DNA of 35,813 bases, filler included, from an uncultured virus (IMG/VR IMGVR_UViG_2061766007_001539) (taxonomy: Duplodnaviria > Heunggongvirae > Uroviricota > Caudoviricetes). It is 2 parts of one record of this genome, joined end to end, with 100 filler letters (N's around TTAATTAATTAA, not from the genome) between each part and the next. Parts side by side here need not be neighbours in the genome. Positions count along the whole stretch, not along the records: positions 1 to 18,864 come from IMGVR_UViG_2061766007_001539; 1 more part is not named here. One strand, given 5' to 3'. The translations under genes were made by a program, and so were the position numbers. The notes beneath the pieces were generated by a model, which saw only the letters and a list, made by a program, of their open reading frames with translations, searched no databases and was not told the origin of the DNA. Shown in pieces: positions 10,041-18,683 of the stretch. Within the stretch, counting starts at the first letter, position 1, and every line of letters begins with the position of its first letter.

Positions 10041-10561
10041 TGTTATACTGGAATTGTAATGGTTCGGGTAGAGCTATTCATCAATTAAATTGTACATATG
10101 GGAGAAAGCATCTGTTGGCGCAGGTGCTTTTTTCTTGACATGAGCACCTGACTGCATTATAATATAACCGAAGACTGGATCTGCAAACAAGTTTTCAAAG
10201 TTCATTTTTGAGAGAGACATCTGACCCCCGTCAGGTGTTTTTCTTTTTCGCTTGCATTGCCGGCAGAGATGTGATATAATATACATGTCATTACCGGATA
10301 ATGACGATAAAAGCAGAATACTGCCCAAGGTCACCCGATCATAGGGTAGAAAATGAGTCCCCGTCCCTGAAACGGGGATTTATTTTTTTAGGAATTGCGC
10401 TGAATAAGGAAATATGCTATAATATATCTATCAGACAGGCATTAGCCGCACTGAAAGTTATTACATGTTGTGATTAGTTTATTGAGGTTGGTGTCTGTCT
10501 GTCTGTCGTAAAAAGTTATCAGGAATGTTTTCATCAAAATAGACTCCTTTTATTTGATTTT
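10041..10561 (+). ncRNA. Cluster of four promoter-short transcript-terminator units (candidate sRNAs)
   Basis: TGTTATACT 10041; TTGACA-17-TATAAT 10135-10163; TTGCAT-17-TATAAT 10252-10280; TTGCGC-17-TATAAT 10395-10423; each followed by hairpin + T run. Confidence 0.65.
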
Positions 10562-10611
10562 NNNNNNNNNNCAAAAACTTTTATATTTTTCTAATCTGAC
10601 AGACTTATAAA

Positions 10612-10666
10612 ATTATAACCACGGCGCAAGCTCTATATTTTGTGCCGTGGTTATAGTGTTATAATA
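10612..10666 (+). promoter_or_regulatory. Hairpin/TATAAT leader of 68-bp array A
   Basis: TATAACCACGGC..GCCGTGGTTATA inverted repeat then TGTTATAAT; reverse-complement copy at 14050-14118. Confidence 0.6.
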
Positions 10667-10672
10667 ACGCTG

Positions 10673-11152
10673 TCAGCGTTCCGGCTCTTGCTCTCTCTCC
10701 CTCTGTGGCTGTCTCAGCACGTGAGACGATGTGCAGCCGGTCAGCGTTCCGGCTCTTGCTCTCTCTCCCTCTGTGGCTGTCTCAGCACGTGAGACGATGT
10801 GCAGCTGGTCAGCGTTCCGGCTCTCGCTCTCCGTCCCTCTGTGGCCGTCTCAGAGCNNNNNNNNNNNNNNNNNNNNNNNNNNNNNNNNNNNNNNNNNNNN
10901 NNNNNNNNNNNNNNNNNNNNNNNNNNNNNNNNNNNNNNCACGTGAAACGCTGTGCAGCCGGTCAGCGTTCCGGCTGTCGTGCTCCGTCCCTCTGTGGCTC
11001 TCTCAGGACGTGAGACGCTGTGCAGCCGGTCAGCGTTCCGGCTCTTGTTCTCTCTCCCTCTGTGGCCGTCTCAGAGCGTGAGACGATGTGCAGCCGGTCA
11101 GTGTTCCGGCTGTCGTGCTCCGTCCCTCTGTGGCCGTCTCAGAGCGTGAGAC
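10673..11152 (+). repeat. 68-bp tandem array, type A (about 6 visible units, gapped)
   Basis: CCGGCTC at 10681, 10749, 10817; unit contains GTCTCA-N5-TGAGAC and AGCCGG-N8-CCGGCT. Confidence 0.95.
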
Positions 11153-11162
11153 NNNNNNNNNN

Positions 11163-11375
11163 TGTGCCGGAATGTGTCCGACTGTATCGGCTCACGCTCT
11201 CAGGCTCTGCCCTGCTGTACGCTTCCACAGCGTGCCGGATCATGTCCGGCTGTATCGGTTCATGCTGTCCGGTTCTCTCCGGCTGTACGCTTCCACAGCG
11301 TGCCGGAACGTGTCCGGCTGTATCAGCTCACGCTCTCAGGCTCTGCCCTGCTGTACGCTCTCACAGCGTGCCGGA
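11163..11375 (+). repeat. 68-bp tandem array, type B (about 3 units, gap-flanked)
   Basis: Reverse complement of the units at 13508-14040. Confidence 0.95.
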
Positions 11376-11387
11376 NNNNNNNNNNGG

Positions 11388-11421
11388 AAAGCGGCACTCG
11401 AGGTTTTCGGGTGCCGTTTTT
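11388..11421. terminator. Intrinsic terminator, probably bidirectional
   Basis: AAAGCGGCACTCGA/TCGGGTGCCGTTTT stem. Confidence 0.7.
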
Positions 11422-11470
11422 CTATTCACCGATACCGGCAGAAGATAACCCCCTGCCGGCAAACCGGAGT

Positions 11471-11776
11471 TTATTTAGTTAGTGCAATATTATGATTACT
11501 TTCCTGCTCGATTTTTGATTTATAAATAAAGCATGATTCTTCTATTTCATCAATTATTGCTTTATCGTCTGTTAATTTTTTTAAAGTGCTGCAAATATCA
11601 TCAATATACTGGCAATACCTATTTGCTATTCTCGAAAAAGAACTGCACTTACTTTCTTTTGTGAAATCTTCGTTGTTGGAATAGACATCATTCATTAAAG
11701 CTTTTGCAGCTTCTACATTAGCGCCCATGGAAATGGCGGTAAGTTCTCTGAATTCTGATCGACTTACTTTCTCCAT
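11471..11776 (-). CDS. Small hypothetical protein
   Basis: RBS AGGAGG. Confidence 0.75.
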   Translation of the reverse strand: MEKVSRSEFRELTAISMGANVEAAKALMNDVYSNNEDFTKESKCSSFSRIANRYCQYIDDICSTLKKLTDDKAIIDEIEESCFIYKSKIEQESNHNIALTK

Positions 11777-11806
11777 AAAAACCATCCTCCTATATTTCGT
11801 CAGGTT

Positions 11807-12115
11807 CTAAAGTTTCTTCACTTCTTCGTTGTCCTTATAGCTTATATATCTACCGCGTATATAGTTGTCATCGTCACAATCTTCTGGAGTTTGTGCAACA
11901 ATGCATTTACTCCAAGCGTCATAGAAAAAGTTGCCTTTTTTAAGCAGTCCGATAATTTCAGAATTATTCATGAATAATTCTCGATCATCGAGGCAAACTA
12001 AAACAGTGTCATTGGACGGCAGTTCACGAAGGAACGGGATAGAATCTGCGTTATTATCGAATGTTTTTGTGTAATAATTATCGGCTTTTCGGTTGAAATA
12101 TTCAACTTTAATCAT
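11807..12115 (-). CDS. Small acidic hypothetical protein flanked by 38-bp direct repeats
   Basis: RBS AGGAGG; repeats at 11783-11820 and 12121-12158. Confidence 0.75.
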   Translation of the reverse strand: MIKVEYFNRKADNYYTKTFDNNADSIPFLRELPSNDTVLVCLDDRELFMNNSEIIGLLKKGNFFYDAWSKCIVAQTPEDCDDDNYIRGRYISYKDNEEVKKL

Positions 12116-12127
12116 AAAATCATCCTC

Positions 12128-12382
12128 CTATATTTCGTCAGGTTCTAAAGTTTCTTCATTAATGAAGATAAGTTTATTGTTTCTTGCTTCGACATAAAAC
12201 TGTGACCCATCACTGCGAAAAATTATATAGGGTTCAACTATGGATGCAAAGTCCAGGTCATATTCTTTCATGTCGTCTTCAATCATTTTATTAAGCGCAC
12301 TGAGAAGTTCGTCTTTACTGTCGTAAGTACCCTGACGGGAGGCGCGGCCGTCTCCCATTTCATATCCGATTTCATATGTCAT
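12128..12382 (-). CDS. Small acidic hypothetical protein
   Basis: RBS GAAAGGGTGG; D/E-rich. Confidence 0.75.
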   Translation of the reverse strand: MTYEIGYEMGDGRASRQGTYDSKDELLSALNKMIEDDMKEYDLDFASIVEPYIIFRSDGSQFYVEARNNKLIFINEETLEPDEI

Positions 12383-12450
12383 GAAAACCACCCTTTCATT
12401 ATACCCCCGTGCCGAAAACGAGGATTTACCCCCGCCGGAAAAACACGGAT

Positions 12451-12690
12451 TTATTTTTCTTCAACTTTCTCCGGAGCTTCTTCTGCTTCCGGAACTGTAA
12501 ACCCGTCAGCTTCGATGCATCCGCGCATGTATTCTTTGATCATTGTTACAATCTTTGTACCTTTGGATTCTGCGTATGCTTTCCAGACGGCTTTTTCACC
12601 TTTTGGAAGGTCCACGCTTAGAGTTTCTATTTTCTCCCTTCGGTACTTCATCTGACAATGATTGTACTTTGAATCATATTTATAAGCCAT
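12451..12690 (-). CDS. Ribbon-helix-helix (Arc/CopG-like) regulator, allele 1
   Basis: KY..EK.E.LSVDLPKGEK..WKAYAESKG..I..MIKEYM pattern; palindromes in own promoter. Confidence 0.7.
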   Translation of the reverse strand: MAYKYDSKYNHCQMKYRREKIETLSVDLPKGEKAVWKAYAESKGTKIVTMIKEYMRGCIEADGFTVPEAEEAPEKVEEK

Positions 12691-12710
12691 GTTTTCACCT
12701 CTTTTCCGTG

Positions 12711-12763
12711 TACCATGGTTTATTTGCTATCTTTATTATATACCATGGTATAATGAATGTCAA
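12711..12763 (-). promoter_or_regulatory. Sigma-A promoter with two ACCATGGT operators
   Basis: TTGACA-17-TATAAT (12763-12735); TATACCATGGTATA 12739-12752; ACCATGGT 12712-12719. Confidence 0.85.
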
Positions 12764-13162
12764 TACTTTTTTCAGTATTATTTTAAAAAAATTTTCTGAG
12801 AGCTGCAAGTCGCTTCAAATGCCGGATTTTCGGCGTTCAACGGAGCGGCTTTTTTGTTTTGTTTAGTTTTTTCGATTCGATTTTTCGGAGTTCGGCGAGT
12901 TTGTTTAGTTTTTTCCATTTAGAAATTCAAGAAAAATTCTGAAAAGTTTTTTCGATCCGAGCGGGAAGCGGTCATTTTTTTATATTTCCAGATAATGAGA
13001 AATCAAAATCAGCCGAAAAGTCACATTTTCAGACCTGACCGTGCAACCGAGTTGAAAGCGTCTGAATGATAGCAAAATCAAAATCAGTTGAAAAGTCGCA
13101 AAATGCGACGCTCAAAAAACGCCCATTGAAGCGGCCGCGGTTCCTGATCTCAGCGGATCTGA

Positions 13163-13212
13163 GGAGAGCGAGAGCCGGAACGCTGACCGGCTGCACATCG
13201 TCTCACGCTCTG
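13163..13212 (-). repeat. Distal end of a type A 68-bp array
   Basis: Reverse complement of the type A unit, next to a gap. Confidence 0.85.
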
Positions 13213-13507
13213 NNNNNNNNNNNNNNNNNNNNNNNNNNNNNNNNNNNNNNNNNNNNNNNNNNNNNNNNNNNNNNNNNNNNNNNNNNNNNNNNNNNNNNNN
13301 NNNNNNNNNNNNNNNNNNNNNNNNNNNNNNNNNNNNAATCCGAGCGGGAAGCGGTCATTTTTTTATAATTCCAGATAAAGGGAAATCAAAATCAGCCGAA
13401 AAGTCGCATTTTCAGACCTGACCATGCAACCTCGGGTTGACCAGTTGACCGGATCCGAGACCGGCACGGCCCGCCGGAGATCTCCGGAGCATTGGAACCG
13501 GTCCAGT

Positions 13508-14040
13508 TACAGCCGGACACGTTCCGGCACGCTGTGGAAGCGTACAGCAGGGCAGAGCCTGAGAGCGTGAGCCGATACAGTCGGACACATTCCGGCACGC
13601 TGTGGAAGCGTACAGCAGGGCAGAGCCTGAGAGCGTGAACCGATACAGCCGGACACGTTCCGGCACGCTGTGAGAGCGTACAGCAGGGCAGAGCCTGAGA
13701 GCGTGAACCGATACAGCCGGACACGTTCCGGCACGCTGTGAAAGCGTACAGCCGGAGAGATCCGGACGGCGTGAGCCGATACAGCCGGACATGATCCGGC
13801 ACGCTGTGAGAGCGTACAGCAGGGCAGAGCCTGAGAGCGTGAGCCGATACAGTCGGACACATTCCGGCACGCTGTGGAAGCGTACAGCAGGGCAGAGCCT
13901 GAGAGCGTGAACCGATACAGCCGGACACGTTCCGGCACGCTGTGAGAGCGTACAGCAGGGCAGAGCCTGAGAGCGTGAGCCGATACAGTCGGACACATTC
14001 CGGCACGCTGTGGAAGCGTACAACAGGGCAGAGCCTGAGA
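13508..14040 (-). repeat. 68-bp tandem array, type B (about 8 units, complete)
   Basis: CGGCAC at 13525, 13593, 13661, 13729, 13797, 13865, 13933, 14001. Confidence 0.97.
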
Positions 14041-14049
14041 ACCTGGACA

Positions 14050-14118
14050 GCGTTATTATAATACTATAACCACGGCACAAAATACGAAGCTTGCGCCGTG
14101 GTTATAATTTTATAAGTC
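14050..14118 (-). promoter_or_regulatory. Hairpin/TATAAT leader of array B
   Basis: Same element as 10612-10666. Confidence 0.6.
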
Positions 14119-14120
14119 CC

Positions 14121-14366
14121 TTAGATCAGAAAAATATAAAAGTTTTTCTTTTCCCAGTCTTCTATTGTTTTATACACTCGAATTTCAATTAAAAGGCTTT
14201 TATTATCAGTGACGATTGTCTTTTTTCTTTCCGGCGTGGTTGCTCCTTTTAATTTGCTGAATTCCTCGGCAACTTCCAAAGAATCAAAATAGACAGGTTC
14301 ATATTTATTATTGTTATTTGGTGAGAAATGAACGCACCATATATTCATATACTTAAACGGGCGCAT
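14121..14366 (-). CDS. Small hypothetical protein
   Basis: RBS AAGGAGG; paralogue of 9628-9870. Confidence 0.7.
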   Translation of the reverse strand: MRPFKYMNIWCVHFSPNNNNKYEPVYFDSLEVAEEFSKLKGATTPERKKTIVTDNKSLLIEIRVYKTIEDWEKKNFYIFLI

Positions 14367-14579
14367 GTTTGCCCCTCCTTTCATTCTGAAATAAAATTGT
14401 TTAGNNNNNNNNNNNNNNNNNNNNNNNNNNNNNNNNNNNNNNNNNNNNNNNNNNNNNNNNNNNNNNNNNNNNNNNNNNNNNNTGATTGCGAATGATGCGA
14501 TAAAAGCAATAATTTTTTTCATAGTAAAAACCCCTTTCAAATGTCCGCACGAGCTGAACCCGTGCGGACTGGTTTATTA

Positions 14580-15371
14580 TTAATCAATAACTTTCAGACT
14601 GTAATGGTCATAAAATGCGCGGTCGAAATAATCAACCATTGAATTTGAACAGTCGCGGTTATAGCTTGTTACTATCTTTTTTAAAAGCTGTCTGCGCTGT
14701 TCTGCTTCGTCGGTGAGTGCGTCGAGTGCGTCGAGTCTTCCGGCATCGTGTTTTATTTCGCGCTGATATTCGTATTTCATGAAACCAATACGTATTTTTT
14801 CGGCTTCGTCGGGATTTTCTGACTTGATTTTATAATATTGATCGTCGGAGATCTGGCGAAAGTCGCCGTTTTCGTCTAAGTAGCTAACCCAACCATAAAC
14901 GCTTATTCGTGCGTTTTGGTGCTTCTCGCAGTAAGTCGAGAATGGAACAATATCCTTTGACCTTGAAATCGTCCATGTAAAATATAGCGATGTCATCCAC
15001 GTTCCGCCGCCTTCTCTGATTGTGACCTTAAGACCGCACTTTTTAAAAGCGGCTTTTAACTGCTCTTTCAGTTCTTTTGTGCTGCTCCAGTTGTTATGGT
15101 TGCCGCCCTCCCAACCATCATAAAGCCCGCCGCCGTCGACAAATGAAGCCTCAGGAATTACAACCGCGTTTTCTTCCGGCTTCTTGCCGGTTGCGTTTTC
15201 GAGAGTTTCGGACAGTGTGGCGAGATCGGCGAAGCCGTACCAACAAGATTTTTTTGGATTCCAACGGAATCTGAGACCCTTTAAAGCGTCACGGGTTGCG
15301 GTGTCCGGCTTATCTGTGAAATAGATTTCAAGGCTTTTAAACTGGTCATTAGGTTTAATTTCGTACATCAT
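14580..15371 (-). CDS. LPD29-like (large polyvalent protein-associated domain) protein
   Basis: C-terminal SYNRDCSNSMVDYFD..FY motif; N-terminal LEIYF..KP...RDALK..FRW......WY domain. Confidence 0.65.
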   Translation of the reverse strand: MMYEIKPNDQFKSLEIYFTDKPDTATRDALKGLRFRWNPKKSCWYGFADLATLSETLENATGKKPEENAVVIPEASFVDGGGLYDGWEGGNHNNWSSTKELKEQLKAAFKKCGLKVTIREGGGTWMTSLYFTWTISRSKDIVPFSTYCEKHQNARISVYGWVSYLDENGDFRQISDDQYYKIKSENPDEAEKIRIGFMKYEYQREIKHDAGRLDALDALTDEAEQRRQLLKKIVTSYNRDCSNSMVDYFDRAFYDHYSLKVID

Positions 15372-15500
15372 AAATATTACCCCCTGAAAGTAATAGAATT
15401 GATTGGTTTATTTCGTATGATGGCCGGCGCGGAGCTTTGCACCCCGCCGCCGCTGTGATCGGTTCCGGCCCCCTCAGATGAAATGAGGATTTATTTTTTA

Positions 15501-16061
15501 TTAAAAAATGTTTATGTAGGTATCGAAGCCGGCAAGCTGATAAAAACCGGTTGTTTCAAGTGTGTTTGCGTATGCTTCATAATCGAAGTAGTCGCGGAGG
15601 TGTTCCGGCATTTCATCTATATATCCCATTTCCCACGCGACAACCTCAGCAACTGCGCGCATTGTGGGACAGTCGGAAAAAACGCGGAAACGTTCATTTT
15701 CTATTATTTCGATTGCGCTTGAAATATCCCCGCCGGAGTAATCAAGTGCAGCCGTGAAAATCTTTGTTGCGTCATCGCCGTAATTGCGGAACAGCTCCGC
15801 GATAACGTCAACGGCGTTCTTTAATTCGCTGATGTTCTCATAATTGCTGAGGCGTGAAGTGTCGATTGTTGCGTCATAGTCAGCGATGAAAAGCTCATCG
15901 AAGCACGCGCACGGATTAAACGCAATCTTTTCTGTTGCTTTTTCGATTTCGTCGGCGTCCATGTTTACAAGGTCGATCCATTCACCACAGAGGCGGCCCT
16001 CTGTATATTTTCTGAGGTTGCCCACCCAGATCTTAAACTCAAAAACGTTTGTATTTGTCAT
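15501..16061 (-). CDS. ardA: Antirestriction protein ArdA
   Basis: IWVGNL.KY.EG.L.GEWI.L, E.FIADYD, YENISEL, PEHL.DYFDYEAYA..L motifs; acidic. Confidence 0.9.
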   Translation of the reverse strand: MTNTNVFEFKIWVGNLRKYTEGRLCGEWIDLVNMDADEIEKATEKIAFNPCACFDELFIADYDATIDTSRLSNYENISELKNAVDVIAELFRNYGDDATKIFTAALDYSGGDISSAIEIIENERFRVFSDCPTMRAVAEVVAWEMGYIDEMPEHLRDYFDYEAYANTLETTGFYQLAGFDTYINIF

Positions 16062-16158
16062 AAATATTACCCCCTGAAAGCAAATGACGATTTATTTTTA
16101 TCTGATTTTTGTTTTGAACTCCAGCCGGGCCGAAGTCCGGCCGGAGCTTGTTGTCTGA

Positions 16159-17298
16159 TTAAGAAAAATTATATTCGGATATGATTTCTTCTATTGTTCT
16201 TTCGTCGCCGTACTCGAATTTCTGCATTATTTCCTCAAAACATTCTGAAAGGCTGTCAAAATCGTTCTTAAGCTTGTAGTAAGGTTCTTTACCCTGAGAT
16301 TTTAAAAGAACATTAACGAAGCTAAGAATTATACTACATTCATGAGCGCCCCAGAAGTCGCCGGAAATATCTCTTTCGGATCTTGTGCCGCCTTCGGCCT
16401 CTGTATAATTCCATAAAACGCGCTTGAAGTAGTCGAGCGCTGCGAACATTTCAGTTATAAAAACGCTGTTGGTTTCGTTCTCTGCCGGCTTTTCTTCTTT
16501 CGGTTCCTGATCTGCTGCTGTCTGTTCTTTCATCATGTTTTCGGCTTCTTCGATCATCTGGTCAGCTTCTTTGCTGCTTTTATCTATTCTTTCACAAAGG
16601 TTTTCTACTGCTTCAATGAGTTCTTCGGCTGTCTGGTCTTCGCGGTAGTCTTCGCGGTCAACTTCTTTGAGTTCACAACTTATTGTTGTTTTTCCGTCGT
16701 CAGAAGGTCCAACAACTCCGTATTCGTTGATGTAGTAGGCGCCGTATACTTCCGTATCGCTTTCGTTGCTGTAAACTATGCTTACTGCGTTGATGATGTC
16801 GGATTTTTTAAGATTCCAGAAGTTTGTGCAGTCGTAGTAAAAAAACTTGCCGTTTTTTGTGTATCCGCTGAGTGTGTCGTCATTGCTGAAATTAAAAGCC
16901 GCCTCTTTTTTGAGCATTTCAGCGATTGAAAGAAGCTCTTTTTTTGTTGATTCTATAACGGTTGATGTGCTGTTGATGTCTGACATGTAGAAATATCTTT
17001 TTTTCATAGGCTTGTCCTCCTTCTTGGTTTTCGGTTCTTCCTGCTGTTCCTTTTCTTCGTCGCCCCAGTTCCAATTGCTGCAACCGATTGTTGCCTCGAA
17101 GAAGTAACGCTTATCAAGAGCATTTGCGAGCTTTACAAGGTCCATGTTGTCGGCGTTCTCTACATCTTCGAGGAGTGCGCCCTCATGAGCGTAGAATGTG
17201 AAAGTATTCTTTCTGCGGTTGTAGCTGATTGTGTCGCACTTGTTCAGAACTTCGAGAAGTTCAGCGCTGTTCTGCTTTTCGTCTCTGTAAAGTTTCAT
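16159..17298 (-). CDS. Acidic multi-domain hypothetical protein; second in-frame start at 17007
   Basis: AGGAGG RBS before both ATG 17298 and ATG 17007; homologue starts at 21211. Confidence 0.75.
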   Translation of the reverse strand: MKLYRDEKQNSAELLEVLNKCDTISYNRRKNTFTFYAHEGALLEDVENADNMDLVKLANALDKRYFFEATIGCSNWNWGDEEKEQQEEPKTKKEDKPMKKRYFYMSDINSTSTVIESTKKELLSIAEMLKKEAAFNFSNDDTLSGYTKNGKFFYYDCTNFWNLKKSDIINAVSIVYSNESDTEVYGAYYINEYGVVGPSDDGKTTISCELKEVDREDYREDQTAEELIEAVENLCERIDKSSKEADQMIEEAENMMKEQTAADQEPKEEKPAENETNSVFITEMFAALDYFKRVLWNYTEAEGGTRSERDISGDFWGAHECSIILSFVNVLLKSQGKEPYYKLKNDFDSLSECFEEIMQKFEYGDERTIEEIISEYNFS

Positions 17299-17376
17299 AT
17301 TTTCGTCCTCCTGTGGTTCTTCTTCGTTGTTTGTGGGTTGCTGGTTTTCGTCGGGGGGCATATCCCCTCGCTTTTT

Positions 17377-17405
17377 ATTATAAACCATGGTTTATACAAA
17401 GTCAA
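17377..17405 (-). promoter_or_regulatory. Sigma-A promoter of the ardA operon with palindromic operator
   Basis: TTGACT-17-TATAAT; TATAAACCATGGTTTATA 17379-17396. Confidence 0.85.
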
Positions 17406-17469
17406 GCATTTTTTTCTGATCTCGAAAAAATATTTTTTCGGCAGCAATACATTATAATGCAAAAGAAAA

Positions 17470-17780
17470 GTGCAGGAGATCAGGAGCACAGCAAGGAGCA
17501 GAGGAGCAACGACACGACAGCAGCAGAGGAGCGACGGCGGAACGCTGGAGGAGATCGGCGGCGGAACTGGTCAGGCGTCGAGAAAATGAGCAGAGGAGCG
17601 ACGGCAGGAGATCAGCGGCGGAGCTGGTCGAAGCTGAGGAGGTGACCAAGAACGACGGCGGACGAGATCCGGAACGCTTCCGGCTGTGGTCCTGAGGTGC
17701 GGCAGGATCCCGCCGGAACTGGTGCGGATTATGTGCGAACGCTCCGAAGCTTCGGTGCAGCTGGTCGGCTGATGCTGTCG
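17470..17780 (+). repeat. Purine-rich degenerate repeats (GAGCGACGGCGG / GAGATCAGCGGC)
   Basis: Low-complexity, strand-skewed; allele at 21505-21900. Confidence 0.7.
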
Positions 17781-17857
17781 GAAGTGTGCACAAAGTACGC
17801 AAATACGCGGATTACGGGCGGTTGCTGAGTGCTAACAAGTGCTGTGACATCGTGTCA

Positions 17858-17935
17858 CTTGCAACCTTGCAACCGATCGGCCCGAAGCGGCCGAAGGGTT
17901 GCAAGGCTCCCCGGGGTCAAAATGTCTAATTTTTA
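17858..17935 (+). other. Conserved hairpin block ending CCCCGGGGTCAAAATGTC; possible packaging-proximal site
   Basis: Near-identical at 21901-21975; TTGCAACC/GGTTGCA stem with inner TCGGC/GCCGA. Confidence 0.4.
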
Positions 17936-18242
17936 AACGAACCCGTACGCATNNNNNNNNNNNNNNNNNNNNNNNNNNNNNNNNNNNNNNNNNNNNNNNN
18001 NNNNNNNNNNNNNNNNNNNNNNNNNNNNNNNNNNNNNNNNNNNNNNNNNNNNNNNNNNNNNNNNNNNNNNNNNNNNNNNNNNNNNNNNNNNNNNNNNNNN
18101 NNNNNNNNNNNNNNNNNNNNNNNNNNNNNNNNNNNNNNNNNNNNNNNNNNNNNNNNNNNNNNNNNNNNNNNNNNNNNNNNNNNNNNNNNNNNNNNNNNNN
18201 NNNNNNNNNNNNNNNNNNNNNNNNNNNNNNNNNNNNNNNNNN

Positions 18243-18451
18243 TTCGTATGTTTCGAGATCCCAATAATTCAAAAGTTCGTTGTCATTCACCGGATCAAGT
18301 AAAAGTATATATGTTTCGCCGATGCTCAGGCGGTCGCCGTTATACAGCCGGATCTGCTCGCCGTCGTCCAGTGTGAGAACGTCCGCAGCTGTTGCCACGG
18401 CTTCGGCTTCTCTGTATTCGTCACTTGTTGCCGGTGCTGTGTGCGCTGTCA
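18243..18451 (-). CDS. Hypothetical protein fragment
   Basis: Open frame between gaps. Confidence 0.5.
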
Positions 18452-18461
18452 NNNNNNNNNN

Positions 18462-18607
18462 GTAACTGTACTGTCTTTACTCGCAGCATATGCCATCCAT
18501 ACGGCTTTTTCACCCTTCGGAAGCTCGAACTTGAACTGTTCAAGCTTTTCCTTGTGGTATTTCAGCGAGTTCTTGTTGTACTTCGGATTGTATTTGCTGG
18601 ATCCCAT
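18462..18607 (-). CDS. RHH regulator allele 2, 5' part (MGSSKYNPKYNKNSLKYHKEKLEQFKFELPKGEKAVWMAYAASKDSTV)
   Basis: Manual translation; homologous to 12451-12690; RBS GAGGGTG; absent from the ORF track. Confidence 0.75.
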
Positions 18608-18625
18608 TGAATCACCCTCTTTCAT

Positions 18626-18683
18626 TATGTGCGTACATATCTTTTACTGTCTTTATTATACACGTACGCACATACTTTGTCAA
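18626..18683 (-). promoter_or_regulatory. Sigma-A promoter with two ATGTGCGTAC operators
   Basis: TTGACA-17-TATAAT (18683-18655); boxes at 18627-18636 and 18664-18673. Confidence 0.85.

Noticed and set aside
11388..11421. tracrRNA-like 3' hairpin (GGCAC..GTGCC)
   Set aside because: No anti-repeat, nexus or cas9; simply explained as a terminator
13508..14040. CRISPR or TIGR-type guide array
   Set aside because: Units are near-identical over their full length with no unique spacers; no cas or Nop-domain gene is visible
10705..14080. Cys/Ser/Arg-rich ORFs over the 68-bp arrays
   Set aside because: Open in several frames only because the repeat lacks stops; no RBS; the period is not a multiple of 3
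17299..17388. ATG 17388 as start of the 409-aa ORF
   Set aside because: It lies inside the operator between -35 and -10; the RBS-supported start is 17298
17229..17802. ORFs over purine-rich repeats (also 21540-22010)
   Set aside because: Low complexity, no RBS, frames not conserved between alleles
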